From Octopus bimaculoides (lineage: Eukaryota), in the NCBI RefSeq assembly GCF_001194135.2, contig NC_068988.1:77688124-77752123 (forward strand): a stretch of 64,000 bases of DNA, written 5' to 3'. The notes below the pieces were generated by a model. The model was not told the DNA's origin. It saw nothing but the letters and a program-made list of their open reading frames with translations, and searched no databases. The translations under genes were made by a program, and so were the position numbers. How positions within the stretch are numbered: position 1 is the first letter of the stretch; every line of letters starts with the position of its first letter. Shown here piece after piece: positions 23,586 to 36,029 of the stretch.

Positions 23586-24811
23586 TGTGTGCAGTTTTAT
23601 TGATGTGACTTGGTCACTCACAACAACAATAGTTGCAGAAATAGTCTGTGGTCAGTCATTAAGTCAAGTATTAAACTGGTATTTACTAGTCTTGTAGATA
23701 TTAAAAAATCTTTAAACCTTACAAAGCAACTAAATTGTTCTATCAGTTGACCAATTCTTGAACTGAAGAGACAACAGAAAAAGGATCTCTTCACCAATAT
23801 TCTTTCATTTGTCTTTCAAGATTTGAATATTTTAAACATTGTTTTAAATAAATTTTTATCCTTATTTTACCTCTTATACTCTATTTTCTTTATTGTTGCA
23901 GCATCAATCAGTAGTTCGAAGTTAATCATATTTATATAATTTACAGTTTCATTAAAGTAAGATCAACAAAAAAAGTACTCCACCCAGTGTGAAATAAATA
24001 TTTGATGAACACTTTATTAAAATACAAACTACTAATAAATTCTTGCCACTAGATTCTTCAAGACATATTAAGACATGTGGTTTGGCAGTTTTCATGATGG
24101 GCTTTGTGATTCCACAATGTGCTCAGAGCCTGAGGATTGCATGGAGACACAAAATACATTGTAAAAACCTGCTACATAGCTCTTACTTTAATGCAGTGTA
24201 CATTATATGATACGTGCACGTGCCCCCCCCCCCCNNNNNNNNNNNNNNACACACACACCATTGTATCCTAATACCTTAGTTCTCTGTTCAGCTACAAAAA
24301 ATTATATATTGCGATTACTATAAACATACTCATTTGAAAAATCCTGACACTTGGATGAAACTGGTTATGTAATGTAAGTTAGAAAGATTTAACTCATTTC
24401 CATAGAATGCTACACCTGCTTTTGTCTCTTTAATTTTTCTTAAAAGACTACAATAATTTGCTTAATGTTTTTGTGCATTTTCACACACACTCTCTTTCTC
24501 TCTCTCTATCTTGCACATACATACATCACTCCTACCCTTGTTTACATCCATCTGTCATTCCTCCTCAAACTCCTATAACCATTTTAAACTCACTCATCTT
24601 ATCAAACAATCATCCCTCCAGCAACCTCCTATCTACTATACTATGCTACTGTTGTAATTATGGTGTAATTAATGTATCTGGTACTACAAACCATATAATA
24701 TCACCAGTTATGTACTATCAGTCACTACTTTCCATTTTCTGAATTACTTCCAATTGATATTTATTCCTCATTCTTATAATTTTTTGTTATCTTTTCTTTC
24801 AACTACCACAT

Positions 24812-25233
24812 ATGTGAGGCAACTGTAGTGACATGTAACAATTTGTGCTGGATATGTCCTGGTCAGACTTCCATCCTTATATGAAATGATTTCTATGTTA
24901 CAGTTTCATTGAGCTGAACAGGTAAGTAGTGGTACATGGCTGTTCTGCAAGAACAACCAGTCTCAAAGCTAGGTGTAGGTTTATACAAAAGTATACTTAT
25001 GTTGGGTGTGTAACTGAAGGTGACCACAAGTTTGTGCTTATTGAAATGCTTTCTATTGAAAAGCTTTCTATTGAAAAGGTCTCTCACATGTGCATGTGAG
25101 GAAAATATTTATCAACTAACCTACTGAAAGCCTTACCTATACTGAACTTAACATTAAAAGATTAAAAGCAAGTGAACCAGATAACCATTGCAAAGTTGTT
25201 GATTTTCAACTGGTTTGGGTTGGGCATGGAAGT

Positions 25234-25274
<41 letters not shown>

Positions 25275-25802
25275 NNNNNNNNNNNNNNNNNNNNNNNNNN
25301 NNNNNNNNNNNNNNNNNNNNNNNNNNNNNNNNNNNNNNNNNNNNNNNNNNNNNNNNNNNNNNNNNNNNNNNNNGATGATTACTTCCATGCCCAACCCAAA
25401 CCAGTTGAAAATCAACAACTTTGCAATGGTTATCTGGTTCACTTGCTTTTAATCTTTTAATGTTAAGTTCAGTATAGGTAAGGCTTTCAGTAGGTTAGTT
25501 GATAAATATTTTCCTCACATGCACATGTGAGAGACCTTTTCAATAGAAAGCTTTTCAATAGAAAGCATTTCAATAAGCACAAACTTGTGGTCACCTTCAG
25601 TTACACACCCAACATAAGTATACTTTTGTATAAACCTACACCTAGCTTTGAGACTGGTTGTTCTTGCAGAACAGCCATGTACCACTACTTATCTGTTCAG
25701 CTCAATGAAACTGTAACATAGAAATCATTTCATATAAGGCTGGAAGTCTGACCAGGACATATCCAGCACAAATTGTTACATGTCACTACAGTTACCTCAC
25801 AT
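24812..25802. repeat. Near-perfect inverted duplication (24812-25274 / 25374-25802) around (ATC)n and a 99-N gap
   Basis: Arms are reverse complements; I see 3 mismatches, all in the distal ~110 bp. Confidence 0.9.
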
Positions 25803-26060
25803 CATTTAAGAAATATTTGCACAACCTCACTACACCCTTCAGGAACATTGAGAAGTGGAAAATTAGTACACTGGTCTTGCATAGAAGGTTGTCGAAGGAG
25901 ATAGCTACAGAGTATGACATCAAATGGGAGCTGTTGGAGAAAGGCAAGCTTTACTCCAATAGTAGCAAGAAATGTAGTTTATGTTTAGCAAAGAAGAGAC
26001 AGATTTTTAAGCACTACACTATGTCTGGAATGTACCTAAATACTGAATCATAAATGTTTG
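25530..26060 (+). mobile_element. Penelope-like element RT-EN linker and GIY-YIG C-terminal remnant
   Basis: FNKHKLVVTFSYTPNI..GCSCR.. and ..EYDIKWELLEKGKLYSNSSKKCSLCLAKKRQI, typical of PLE ORF ends. Confidence 0.7.
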
Positions 26061-27003
26061 CACTCTCCTTGCACAAGCAGTACATTCTAAAATACTGGTC
26101 CAAATCACCAGAGGAAATGACACCATTGCTCTCTCTTACCAACAACTACTTCCTGCAGTTGATTCATCATTCAGCCTTTCAGCTTTTTGATATTTCAGTG
26201 TTTTTACTCTCATCTTCCTGTATCTCTTTCTATCCCTCTCTACTCCCTTTATTACTATATCTCTTTTCCCCACTTCCTCACCATACACTTAAATCTTATT
26301 CTTGCTGATTTGGGTCTCCAAACTGATCTTCCCTCTGACAAGTAAAACAATTCTCTGATTCTTGGTCATGTGCAAACACACCTGAACTATAAAATCTAAA
26401 TATTGAAATAACGAGAATATTTTTTTATGAAAGGCTTTGCTTGCAGGACTTCCATGGTAGCCATGTTTATATTTAAAAAGACTTTTCTCTGTATTCAACT
26501 TCTATCCATAAAATACCCATCTGAAACTTCGAGTCATTGCTCTCATTTATTAGTATGGTCATCATCAAATTTTGTGTATGTGTGTGTGTGTAACAAAGCA
26601 ACAAATCAATAAAAATATATGTGTTTATTTACATATATGGTGAGTACATTTAGACTCAACAACAACAATACGTCATAAAATGTACCAAAATAGAAGAAAC
26701 CATATTTCTTTGGGAGCCAAAGAAACAATTTAGTTTCACTTAAACCTATGAAACACAGTAGTTTTTCTAGTAGTTTTTCTTCTATTTTCATCTGACAGCC
26801 TGCCTATATAATATGATATAATATAATATCAATATAAACAGTTTCATAATAATTTCTATTTTAATTTATTTTTCAGCTTTATACGCTTGTTTTCATCTTT
26901 TTTTTCTCCTCCCTCTGCCTTTCCGACATAGATAGATAAGAAGAGAATATTTTTTCTCCCATTCAGAATATATTTTATAGAAATTATTCTGAAGTCAACA
27001 TAC

Positions 27004-27047
27004 CACGATATATCATTTGAAAATAACTGGTGGCGGGTATATAGTTC
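27004..27047 (-). other. Weak candidate minus-strand exon (44 nt)
   Basis: Acceptor cttttctcttttattctgtgttgtttttgtcag, donor GTG|gtatgt; two frames open (ELYTRHQLFSNDIS or NYIPATSYFQMIYR); no recognised homology. Confidence 0.25.
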
Positions 27048-27283
27048 CTGACAAAAACAACACAGAATAAAAGAGAAAAGCTTAAACACATAAAAAAAAA
27101 GCATTAAAAAAGTTACAACAACAAAATAGAATTTATTTTTGTATTTACTTCCAATTATCAGCAACATCAACACTGAAGTCCATAAAACACAATAAATCGT
27201 CCTCTCTAACATTTAACGCTGTTTAAAACTATTGATTCCTTTTTGACTCAGCACCAAGACATTCTTCGTTAGGGAATGAAGGT

Positions 27284-27321
<38 letters not shown>

Positions 27322-27322
27322 C

Positions 27323-27363
<41 letters not shown>
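27284..27363. repeat. (AGT)n microsatellite
   Basis: Visible in sequence. Confidence 0.95.
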
Positions 27364-27364
<1 letters not shown>

Positions 27365-27729
27365 GTGATTGACAATTGAACATAGTTATTGGTATTTATA
27401 GCATCAATTCTGGATAAATAAAAACCAAAGTTGACCTGTTCTACCACAGGATTTGGTCTTTGGATGTAGAGGAAAGACAAAGCTGCACCATTTTTGCCAA
27501 CCTATTAAGCTCATACCCATAGCAGTTATAATGAAGATCAATGAGACAACTTTTATATATTTGACTGGTATGCAAGAAATCAGTCTTCTTTCTCTTACTG
27601 CTTTCAAATGGAAGGACATATTTCCAGATACAATAGGTTACAATAAAAGAAAGAGTGGTTGTGCCTAGAAAGAATTTTATCAACCTGAATTAATGTGGTT
27701 GGTTGTTTTTATTAATATTTTTATTATTT

Positions 27730-28325
27730 AAGGCTGGTAAGGCAGCAAGCCGGCAGAATCATTAACATGCTGGGTGAAATTCTTAGCAGCATTTCTTCTG
27801 GCTCTACATTCTGAGTTCAAATCCTTTTGGGGTTGATAAAATAAGTACCAGTTACGCACTGGGGTTGATGCAATTGACAAGCCCCCTCCCCTGAATTTCA
27901 GGCCTCATGCCTATAATAGAAAGGATTGACAGTATCATTAGAACTTGGGCAAAAATTACTTGCATATTTGTTCTGGCATTTTGCATTTAGAGTTCAAATC
28001 CTACCAAGATCAGTAAAATAAACTATCAGTACTGAGTCAAAAGTATCAGTTAGTTACCTCTTCAACAATTTCTAGCTTCCTGCCTATCTGAGAAACAATT
28101 TTTCTTCTTGTTATTATTCAGGTAGTGAAATGGCAGAATTGCTTGCACATTGGACAACATGCCTTGTAGTATTTCTTCCAGCTCATTATTATCTTTTGAG
28201 TTCAAATCTTGTGGAAATCAATTTACCTTTTACCCCTCCAGGGACAACCCTTCCAGGGACAACCCTTCCAGGGACAACCCCTCCAGGGATAACCCCTCCC
28301 TGCAAAACTGCAGGGCTTGTACCTA
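27730..28325 (+). mobile_element. Cluster of decayed SINE family 2 copies (~27730-27930, 27940-28090, 28120-28325)
   Basis: Repeated ggcagaatc.ttaaca..ttctgagttcaaatcc.. heads; 15-bp tandem expansion at 28232-28300. Confidence 0.6.
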
Positions 28326-29003
28326 TATTAGAAAGAAATATATTTATTTATTTATTCGTTTATATTTTTATTAATATTTAGCAGAGCAACAGAGTTGCTC
28401 AGGCGTTGAGAGTTTCATGCATTGGCAGGTACTCATCAAACTTTGATAAGTGCCAATGCACGAGGCTTTTGGCCTTTGAGTCACTCAGTTGCTGCAGNNN
28501 NNNNNNNNNNNNNNNNNNNNNNNNNNNNNNNNNNNNNNNNNNNNNNNNNNNNNNNNNNNNNNNNNNNNNNNNNNNNNNNNNNNNNNNNNNNNNNNNNNNN
28601 NNNNNNNNNNNNNNNNNNNNNNNNNNNNNNNNNNNNNNNNNNNNNNNNNNNNNNNNNNNNNNNNNNNNNNNNNNNNNNNNNNNNNNNNNNNNNNNNNNNN
28701 NNNNNNNNNNNNNNNNNNNNNNNNNNNNNNNNNNNNNNNNNNNNNNNNNNNNNNNNNNNNNNNNNNNNNNNNNNNNNNNNNNNNNNNNNNNNNNNNNNNN
28801 NNNNNNNNNNNNNNNNNNNNNNNNNNNNNNNNNNAACAGATGATATCGAGAGTCTTTCATTATAGAAAACACATAGTAGACCTCAAATTGATTTGAACTT
28901 ACACTTCAATATCTTTACCGAGGACCAAGTCAGTAGGGTAAAGAGTGGCTATAAAAGGAATCCAAGTGAGCAGATATGGGGAGATTCAGATAAACAGATA
29001 AAG

Positions 29004-29449
29004 ACCTTGGGTTTTAATGTACAAAATATATGTACAAGTAAACATGTAAAAAGAGAAGGCAGACACAAAATTTTCAGATGATAAACAATGAAGTATAGAT
29101 ATATATATATTTTTATTGAGTAAACTTACTCAGATTACATAGATTCAAAGAATTAGAGGGAAGGTGTTATACATCCGATAGCTGTTTCTGAGGGCTCAGA
29201 TTTACTTCATAATGATCAACTACATCTGCCAACATTATGAAGTAACTCTGAGCCCTCAGAAACAGCTGTTGCACTTGTAATTCTTTCTCTCCCTCTAATT
29301 CTTTGAGTCTATGTAATCTGAGTAAGTTTGTTCTGTAATAAATCTGTTTATATATTTATACTTGATTGTTTATCATCTGAGAACTCCGAGTCTGCCTTCT
29401 CTTTTTACATGTACACTTGTATATATATTTTGTTCATTAAAACGCAAGG
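29004..29449. repeat. Imperfect ~450-bp fold-back (arms ~210 bp, 18-nt loop 29215-29232) containing hammerhead-like remnants
   Basis: 29004-29110/29340-29449, 29122-29161/29290-29329 and 29180-29214/29233-29267 are reverse-complement pairs. Confidence 0.85.
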
Positions 29450-29464
29450 CTTTTTCTATTTGAA

Positions 29465-29532
<68 letters not shown>

Positions 29533-29539
29533 ATGCACA

Positions 29540-30460
29540 TAGCAGCAGCAGCAGCATTTAACATCTATGTTCCATGCTGGCATGGATTTGATGGTATGAC
29601 AGTATCCATTAGGTCCAGAGACTGCATCATGCTACAATGGTTTCTATGATTGGATGCCCTTCCTAATGCTAACCACTTTACAGCAGGTATTGGCTGCTCT
29701 TCTTCATGCTACTGGCACTATTGAGTCTTCTGAGTCACATGATATGAAAACCAAGGAGAGGTGCAGTTTTGTTAAGAGATGAGAGTTAAGGTATGAGAAG
29801 GGGGAGGGAGAAGAGCCGGTTCTTGATGTAGAGGATCTACATGTCTAATCACATTCAGATGAGAGAATGAGAATGTACTAGTTGTAGTTGCAAAGAGATA
29901 AATTATGGTGATGAGGTGTCCTAGAGGCACCTTAAGGTATAAGTAGGGATAAAGAAATTAGGAGTGTGGGTAGGTGGAGTAGGGGTTAACAAAAGTGTAA
30001 CATCAGTGAAGGTTGGGTAGGGTGTGAATGTAGGGAATGATGGATGTGTGGTGGAGTGGATGGCCAATGGTGCGTGAATTGAGGAAAGAAGAAGGGTGCA
30101 AGGAGAGTACTGGAGAGGATAGCAACAGGGTATTAATGATGATCTGGTTGACAATATTGAAGTCAACTGAGAGATGCCACGTGGATGGATAGGCTGCAGA
30201 AGAAGGAGAGAGAGAGGTAGGCATAGTGGATGAGGAGAAATAATTTGGTGGGTAGAAGAGGTGATGATCACTGTAACATGTGGAGGTAGAGAACAATATC
30301 AATGGATGAAGAATGGCTAACAAACGCAATGGTTCCAGATAGCAAGAAAGAAATAAGATGGTATCAAGGGAGAGTTGCAGTTGGAAAGATGGTGGTGTGG
30401 GATGATGTAAGGAGGAGAGTGGGTGGGGTGCCCATTTATGCACATATATGTAGTATACAT
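29540..30460 (-). mobile_element. RTE-type 3' UTR/tail with pyrimidine-rich upstream part
   Basis: Tail motif at 29555-29700; 30200-30450 resembles the reverse complement of 62790-63000, which follows an RTE C-terminus. Confidence 0.55.
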
Positions 30461-31084
30461 ACACACATACACACACATATATATATATATATAACTATTT
30501 AAAAAATATATATTAGTGACACGGGTAGTTTTAATACCGAAAGATAATATTTATCTCCACTTGAATGTAGATGTTCTGTTAGAACAAACTATACTGCAGT
30601 AGATACCATGAGAGAAATGCTAATATTGGTTTTTGCAGTAAAATGCACTCTTGTTTATATTGCTCTCGGGAAGATAAATCCCTGTCACCTCCGGTGCTGA
30701 TATGACCAGATCATGTGATTTCGACCTACCTTTTTCTTTGCAATGATCAGCACATGGCTGCTACAGGTAGCAGTGACTCATCTTCCCACCAGTAATATCC
30801 ATGGTAAAACAAACAAAAAAATATAGAACCCAATGCATGAGTATATAAGCATTGTTTTTCATTTCTGATCACCAGAAGTTACAAAAGTAACTCAAGGGTT
30901 AAGAGTTCCATGCATAGTACTTATCTATAAGTGCTTTGCATGAAACTTTTGAGCCTTAATTCACTTTTGTAATTTTCTGCAAAAAAATTTTTTAATTCAA
31001 ATACACACACGCATACACACACGCATGCACACACACACACGCATGCACACACACATGTACACACACGCACATACACACACAAGA

Positions 31085-31372
31085 TTAGACAAGGGCAGCT
31101 GCAACAGAGACTTCAAGGCCATGGCCAGCAGGAATGGAGACAACACATTCTGACTGCATCAACATGCCAGAATTCATCCAACAACAGATGAACAGGGCCT
31201 CAGGCTCAATTCAGAGACTATGTGAAGCTGCTGGAGAATGTGGTCAATCCCTGAATGGAGAGGGTTACGGTTGGAAGGCCATATGTCTTTGGCGGCAGGA
31301 TTTGGCTCCATGCCACACCTCTGGAAAGAGTCAGAAGTGGTTCCTGGAGAATTTTTATAACTTCATCAGTCC
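31085..31372 (+). mobile_element. Internally deleted maT fragment
   Basis: ..GLRLNSETM*SCWRM../WRQDLAPCHTSGKSQKWFLENFYNFISP; same deletion junction as the 8125-9012 copy. Confidence 0.7.
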
Positions 31373-31375
31373 CAA

Positions 31376-31417
31376 GACACCTGATGAAGGCTGAGGGTAT
31401 ATCAGCTGAAACGTGTT
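31376..31417 (+). ncRNA. Hammerhead motif family C, cleavage site damaged; within PLE-type repeat 31371-31497
   Basis: GACAC-CUGAUGA-AGGCUGA(GGGUAUA)UCAGCU-GAAAC-GUGUU; 3 nt shorter after GAAAC than the 45017 copy, giving a non-cleavable GUG. Confidence 0.55.
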
Positions 31418-31958
31418 AACAACAAACAAGATGAGGACAAATATCCATCAAATGTAAATAATGTAAATAATTCCTCATCTCTTAAATATAGAACTGTATT
31501 ATCTAATTAGTATGGAGCTGATATTAGACTTCAATGGAGACATATAGAGAAACTCCATCAAAAACTAGCTTGTCTTTCAAACCATCTGTCTTTCCTGTGT
31601 AGATGTAGAGACTCAAAGCTAATACCACCTGGCTTGAATATAATGACACCAGTGGATTCATATAAAGCTAGAAACCAAGTCAAAAAGGAAACTCCACAAG
31701 TGGGATGTGGTTGTTGTATCTGGGAGTCCAACAATGACCTTTTCAACTCATACCAGTATGGATAGTGGCAATAAAATGACCATGTTGATGATAATGGTGT
31801 TGCCACTGCTGCTGTTGCTGCTGCTCATGATGATGATGGTGATAGTGTTGGACTTATCTATATGTATATATAAGCATATGTGTGTGTCTGAATGGCTCTC
31901 TCTCTCTCTCTCTCTCATTCTCTCTCTCTCATTCTCTATCTCTCTCATTCTCTCTCTG

Positions 31959-32590
31959 TATAGGTGTAGCTGTGTAGTAAGAAGGCGGTGAGCTGGCAGA
32001 AACGTTAGCACGCCGGGCGAAATGCTTAGCGGTATTTCGTCTGCCGTTACGTTCTGAGTTCAAATTCCGCCGAGGTCAACTTTGCCTTTCATCCTTTCGG
32101 GGTCGATAAATTAAGTACCAGTTATGCACTGGGGTCAATGGAATCGATTTAATCCCTTTGTCTGTCCTTGTTTGTCCCCTCTATGTTTAGCCCCTTGTGG
32201 GCAATAAAAAAAAAAAGAAGCTTGCTTACCAACCACATGGTTCCAGGTTCAGTCCCACAGCATGGCACCTTGGGCAAGTGTCTTCTACTATAGTCTGAAG
32301 TTGGTCAATGCCTTGTAAGTGGATTTGATAGATGGAAACTGAAAGAAGCCTGTCGTATATGTGTGTGTGTTCGTGTGTGGGTGTGGGTGTGTGTGTGCCT
32401 GTGTTTGTCCCATCCATCATTAGTTGACAACAGTTGTTAGTATGTTTATGTCCTCATAACTTAGTAGTTTTGGAAAAGAGACCAATAGAATAAGTCCTAG
32501 GCTTACAAAGAATAAGTCCTGGGGTCAATTTCTTTGACTAAAAAAAACCCTTTAACGTGGTGCTCCAGCATGGCACAGTCAAAATGATGG
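31959..32590 (+). mobile_element. SINE family 1 interrupted by a family 2 SINE
   Basis: Head gtagctgtgtagtaagaag resumes as cttgcttaccaaccacatgg after the insert. Confidence 0.8.
31985..32214 (+). mobile_element. Young tRNA-derived SINE family 2 with A-rich tail and AAGAAG target-site duplication
   Basis: CpG-rich; A box-like tggcagaaacgttagc, B box-like gagttcaaattcc; aagaag at 31979-31984 and 32215-32220. Confidence 0.85.
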
Positions 32591-32649
32591 AAACATCAGT
32601 ATTAATTCTGCTGTGGTGGACAGGTCTTCTAGAGTACAGCAATGTACCA

Positions 32650-32930
32650 GATATCTTGGTCATCTCCTTTGTAAGGCTCAGTGCCTTGAGATCAGCATTC
32701 AATACTTTGTTCCATGTCTTTCTGGGTCAACCTCTTCCATGAGTTCCATCCACTGTAAGTGATCAGCGCTTCTGTATACAGCTGTCTACATTTATACACA
32801 TATCACAAGACCAAACCAGCAGAGTCTTCTCTCTTGTACACTGCATCTAATTCCTCTTATGCCCAACTTTTCTCTTAATACAGGTTTCCAAAGTGTTTAG
32901 GCTGACTATACAAGACTATCTTTAAACAGG
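32650..32930 (-). mobile_element. RTE ORF C-terminal fragment
   Basis: Reverse complement resembles 3110-3340 (REKLGI..VQERR..GRPRKTW). Confidence 0.6.
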
Positions 32931-33110
32931 ACACCAGTCCATCACAAGTTAAACCCTCAGGTGTTGTTGGTACTCATTTTCAGCTGGAATAACATGAAAA
33001 GAAGTACCTTGTGTAAAAAAGACATAATGCACTACCCAGTGCCAGAATCAAACCTATGATCTAATGATTATGGACTCAGCACTCTAACCATTAGACCACA
33101 TGCATTCACT
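32930..33110 (-). mobile_element. SINE family 3 fragment
   Basis: ttggtactcattttcagctgg..aagtaccttgtgtaa..cactctaaccattagaccacatgc. Confidence 0.5.
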
Positions 33111-33549
33111 AGATTCTAGGCATGGAAGATACAATTGAATACATCTATTCAGATGATTAACATATAAATAAATAGTTTGATTGCTATTCTCAATAGTCAG
33201 GTTCTTTGAGCACTCCTCCAGTAAACCTTATATTTGTAATAAATACTGCTAAAGAGAGCACAAGATGGTATAACAGCTACAATTTAGATGAATTTACATC
33301 TATTGAAAGACTTGACAGTTATACCAGTGTAAAGGCCAAGTCTTTGTATGTCAAGCTGTTCAGTTGAATCAAATATTCTATAGATCACTTCTTTCAAATA
33401 TGAAAATATTTGAAGAAAAATTTAGAAATATATAAATTATCATTTTTTTGGTGCTTAGATACGAAATGCAATGAATATATGAATAAATTACATGCACACA
33501 CGCACACACACACACACACGTGACGATGATGATGATGACGATATATCTG

Positions 33550-33552
<3 letters not shown>

Positions 33553-33621
<69 letters not shown>
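33553..33621. repeat. (TA)n microsatellite within a larger TA/TG/TATG-rich block (33480-34130)
   Basis: Visible in sequence. Confidence 0.95.
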
Positions 33622-33625
<4 letters not shown>

Positions 33626-36029
33626 TATATCTGTCTGTTTGTATGTATCATATGTATGCATCTATATGAGTATGTATGTGTGTATATTAATCTTAATGAT
33701 TCACAAACACATTTTTATGTGTGTATTTATATATTTGTATATACATAGATATATGTATGTATATGAACATATTTTAGTCTTATTTTGAAAGAATATCTTA
33801 TCTAAAATACATCAAAATATTACAAGAATATAAGATCAGAATTCACTTACACACACACACATATGCACACATGCCCACATATGCATACATATACACACAT
33901 GTGCTACACATACATGCACATATACACACAACCGTTATATGATGATTCCATTCCTTATTATAAATCTATCATTTATTATTGTGCAGCTGAAATCTGCAAC
34001 CCTCTCATTTACATCAACTGTAATTTACCTTCAATACACACAGTTATATATCTGTGTGTATGCATGTATGTATGTATGTATGCATGTAAGTATGTATGCA
34101 TGTATGTATGTATGTATGTATGTATGTATGGGTTACAAAATGCACATTCTTTCCTTTAATAAAGAACACATCTCCCTACAAGTATGTCTGGCTTTCATCT
34201 ATTTCCCTTTCATATTCATCTCCAGTTTTTCATTGTTTTTCACACACAACTTAGTCATGCCTTCCATTTTTATTTTTCTGATTTCTTCACAAGGATTTTA
34301 CAGATCACTTCCATTTCAAGTTGCTACGTTTTTCTTCTTTTTTTTCTTCTTTTTTTGCAATTCTAATTTTAAATAACATGTCATTGCGATTATGCTAAAA
34401 TGGATTTCATTCAAAGCTATTAAATAGAACAATTTCAGTCTTCCATATCAATATCAAGAATTGGCTGCAATCTATTGCAATTGCATCTGACAGGGATAAA
34501 ATAAAATAAACTTAAAAACTAAGTTAGGTATGGTGAGGCTTACACTACAAACTCATTATACTGCCACTCCACAAAGAAATAATGCTTAACTTTAATGGTT
34601 TAGGCTATTTTCTAAGGAAATTCATCTTCAGACTTCATTTTCAATAAAATACATAATATCATACATTAGAAATTAAAATATGAAAACAAAACAAAGAAAA
34701 AAAATAGAATTAAAACATTAAAATAAATAAATCAAGATTACATTAGCATTTAAATAGTAGAATTATTAATTCTACCAAAAATTAAAAATTTCATAAAGCT
34801 GCAAGGTTTTTCTTGTAGATATTGGGAAAATGTGGCTTTAATGAAAGCATTTGTTTGATTTATAGATTTTTTGTTGTTTTCACCACCAGCACTGGAAGAC
34901 AGCCAGATAAAGGAAGAATATAAAATCTGTTAAAGAGAAAAAACAATACAAAAAGAATAATAGTTTTTTAAATTAATGTATAAAAAAATATTCTTGCTAA
35001 ATTGCTAAAAAAAAAATGAAATAACATGAAGACATATAAAGGAAAGTGCTGGCAGTGAAATTGTTACAGTTTTATTTTGTTAACATATTGAAATAAGAAA
35101 GCAAACATGAAACCATTAAAAAGGGAGGATGTAAACATCAAAAGGTATCATCATAATTATTCAGTTTAAGTTTTTTAATAACATTTTTGAAAGTAATTTT
35201 GTTTTTGTTTCTATTTTACTTTTTTGTTGAATAATAGAATTTTGAATTATTTACTTAAATTTTGTTCAAATAAAAATAAAGAAAAAAGACAATAAGTAAG
35301 TTACAATAGATGAAACAATAAAAATAACAAAATTAGCTACAGCTGCTGAGGTGAACATTAATTAGCAATATAATTAGGTGAAATAATTCAACAAGTTAAA
35401 GAAAACATGACATTTTTAATAAAATGTGTCCATCTGAATAGTGCTGTTGTTGTTGCTGTTGTAGAGAGATTGTAGTTTACTTGTTGTCATAGTTGTTATT
35501 GCTGTTGATATTTTACAGCATCAGGTCAAAGCTAGCTGAACATAACTTATGATCGAAGACATTCTAACCATGATATTCTGCATTTTGAGACTATTTTATT
35601 CAATATGTCCTTTGTCTTCCTTTCAAAGACAATAGGTTGCTACATATGAAAAGTTTGGTTGCTATTTCTAGCAGGTCAGTCAGTTGACCACATAGCACTC
35701 AAAATCATAAAAATCTTAGTGATGATAGTGATGATGATAATGATGATGATGATGTTAGCATAACAATAGCTGTATAGTTTAGAAGCTGAGATTGGCCCTG
35801 TGCAAAGCCTTTCCTCACTTTAAAGTTTCAAGTCCAAGTGTTACTTAATTTTTTTAACATCTCTGCTCTGTATTGTATACTATGGCTGGACATAGTATGC
35901 TGAAAATGGCAGAACCCCCAGTGAAAGATTTCATGATAGAATGAAGGGAGGTGTCAGTAAAGAAAATAACTCTCTGAACACCAGTTGTGACAAACACTTG
36001 TCATTGCCACAACTGTGCAAGACATATAT

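Noticed and set aside
23902-23960. Very long pyrimidine tract and cag acceptor (would give ..SINQ*)
   Set aside because: No convincing donor or recognisable peptide; cannot be supported without RNA data
24916-24927. Perfect donor-like gaacag|gtaagt
   Set aside because: Lies in the inverted arm of the Penelope-like remnant and is one of the arm mismatches; no upstream acceptor or open exon
28232-28300. Regular 15-bp repeats that might suggest a CRISPR-like array
   Set aside because: Head-to-tail tandem units without spacers inside a SINE; eukaryotic context
28399-28896. ORFs of 135-157 aa
   Set aside because: They consist almost entirely of an N gap
31985-32080. tRNA-like A and B boxes
   Set aside because: SINE head with a non-tRNA body and A-rich tail; no cloverleaf, so not a tRNA gene
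34400-34934. Two minus-strand acceptor-like sites (e.g. giving CNCNRLQPILDIDMED*)
   Set aside because: No consistent donor or frame chain and no recognisable homology
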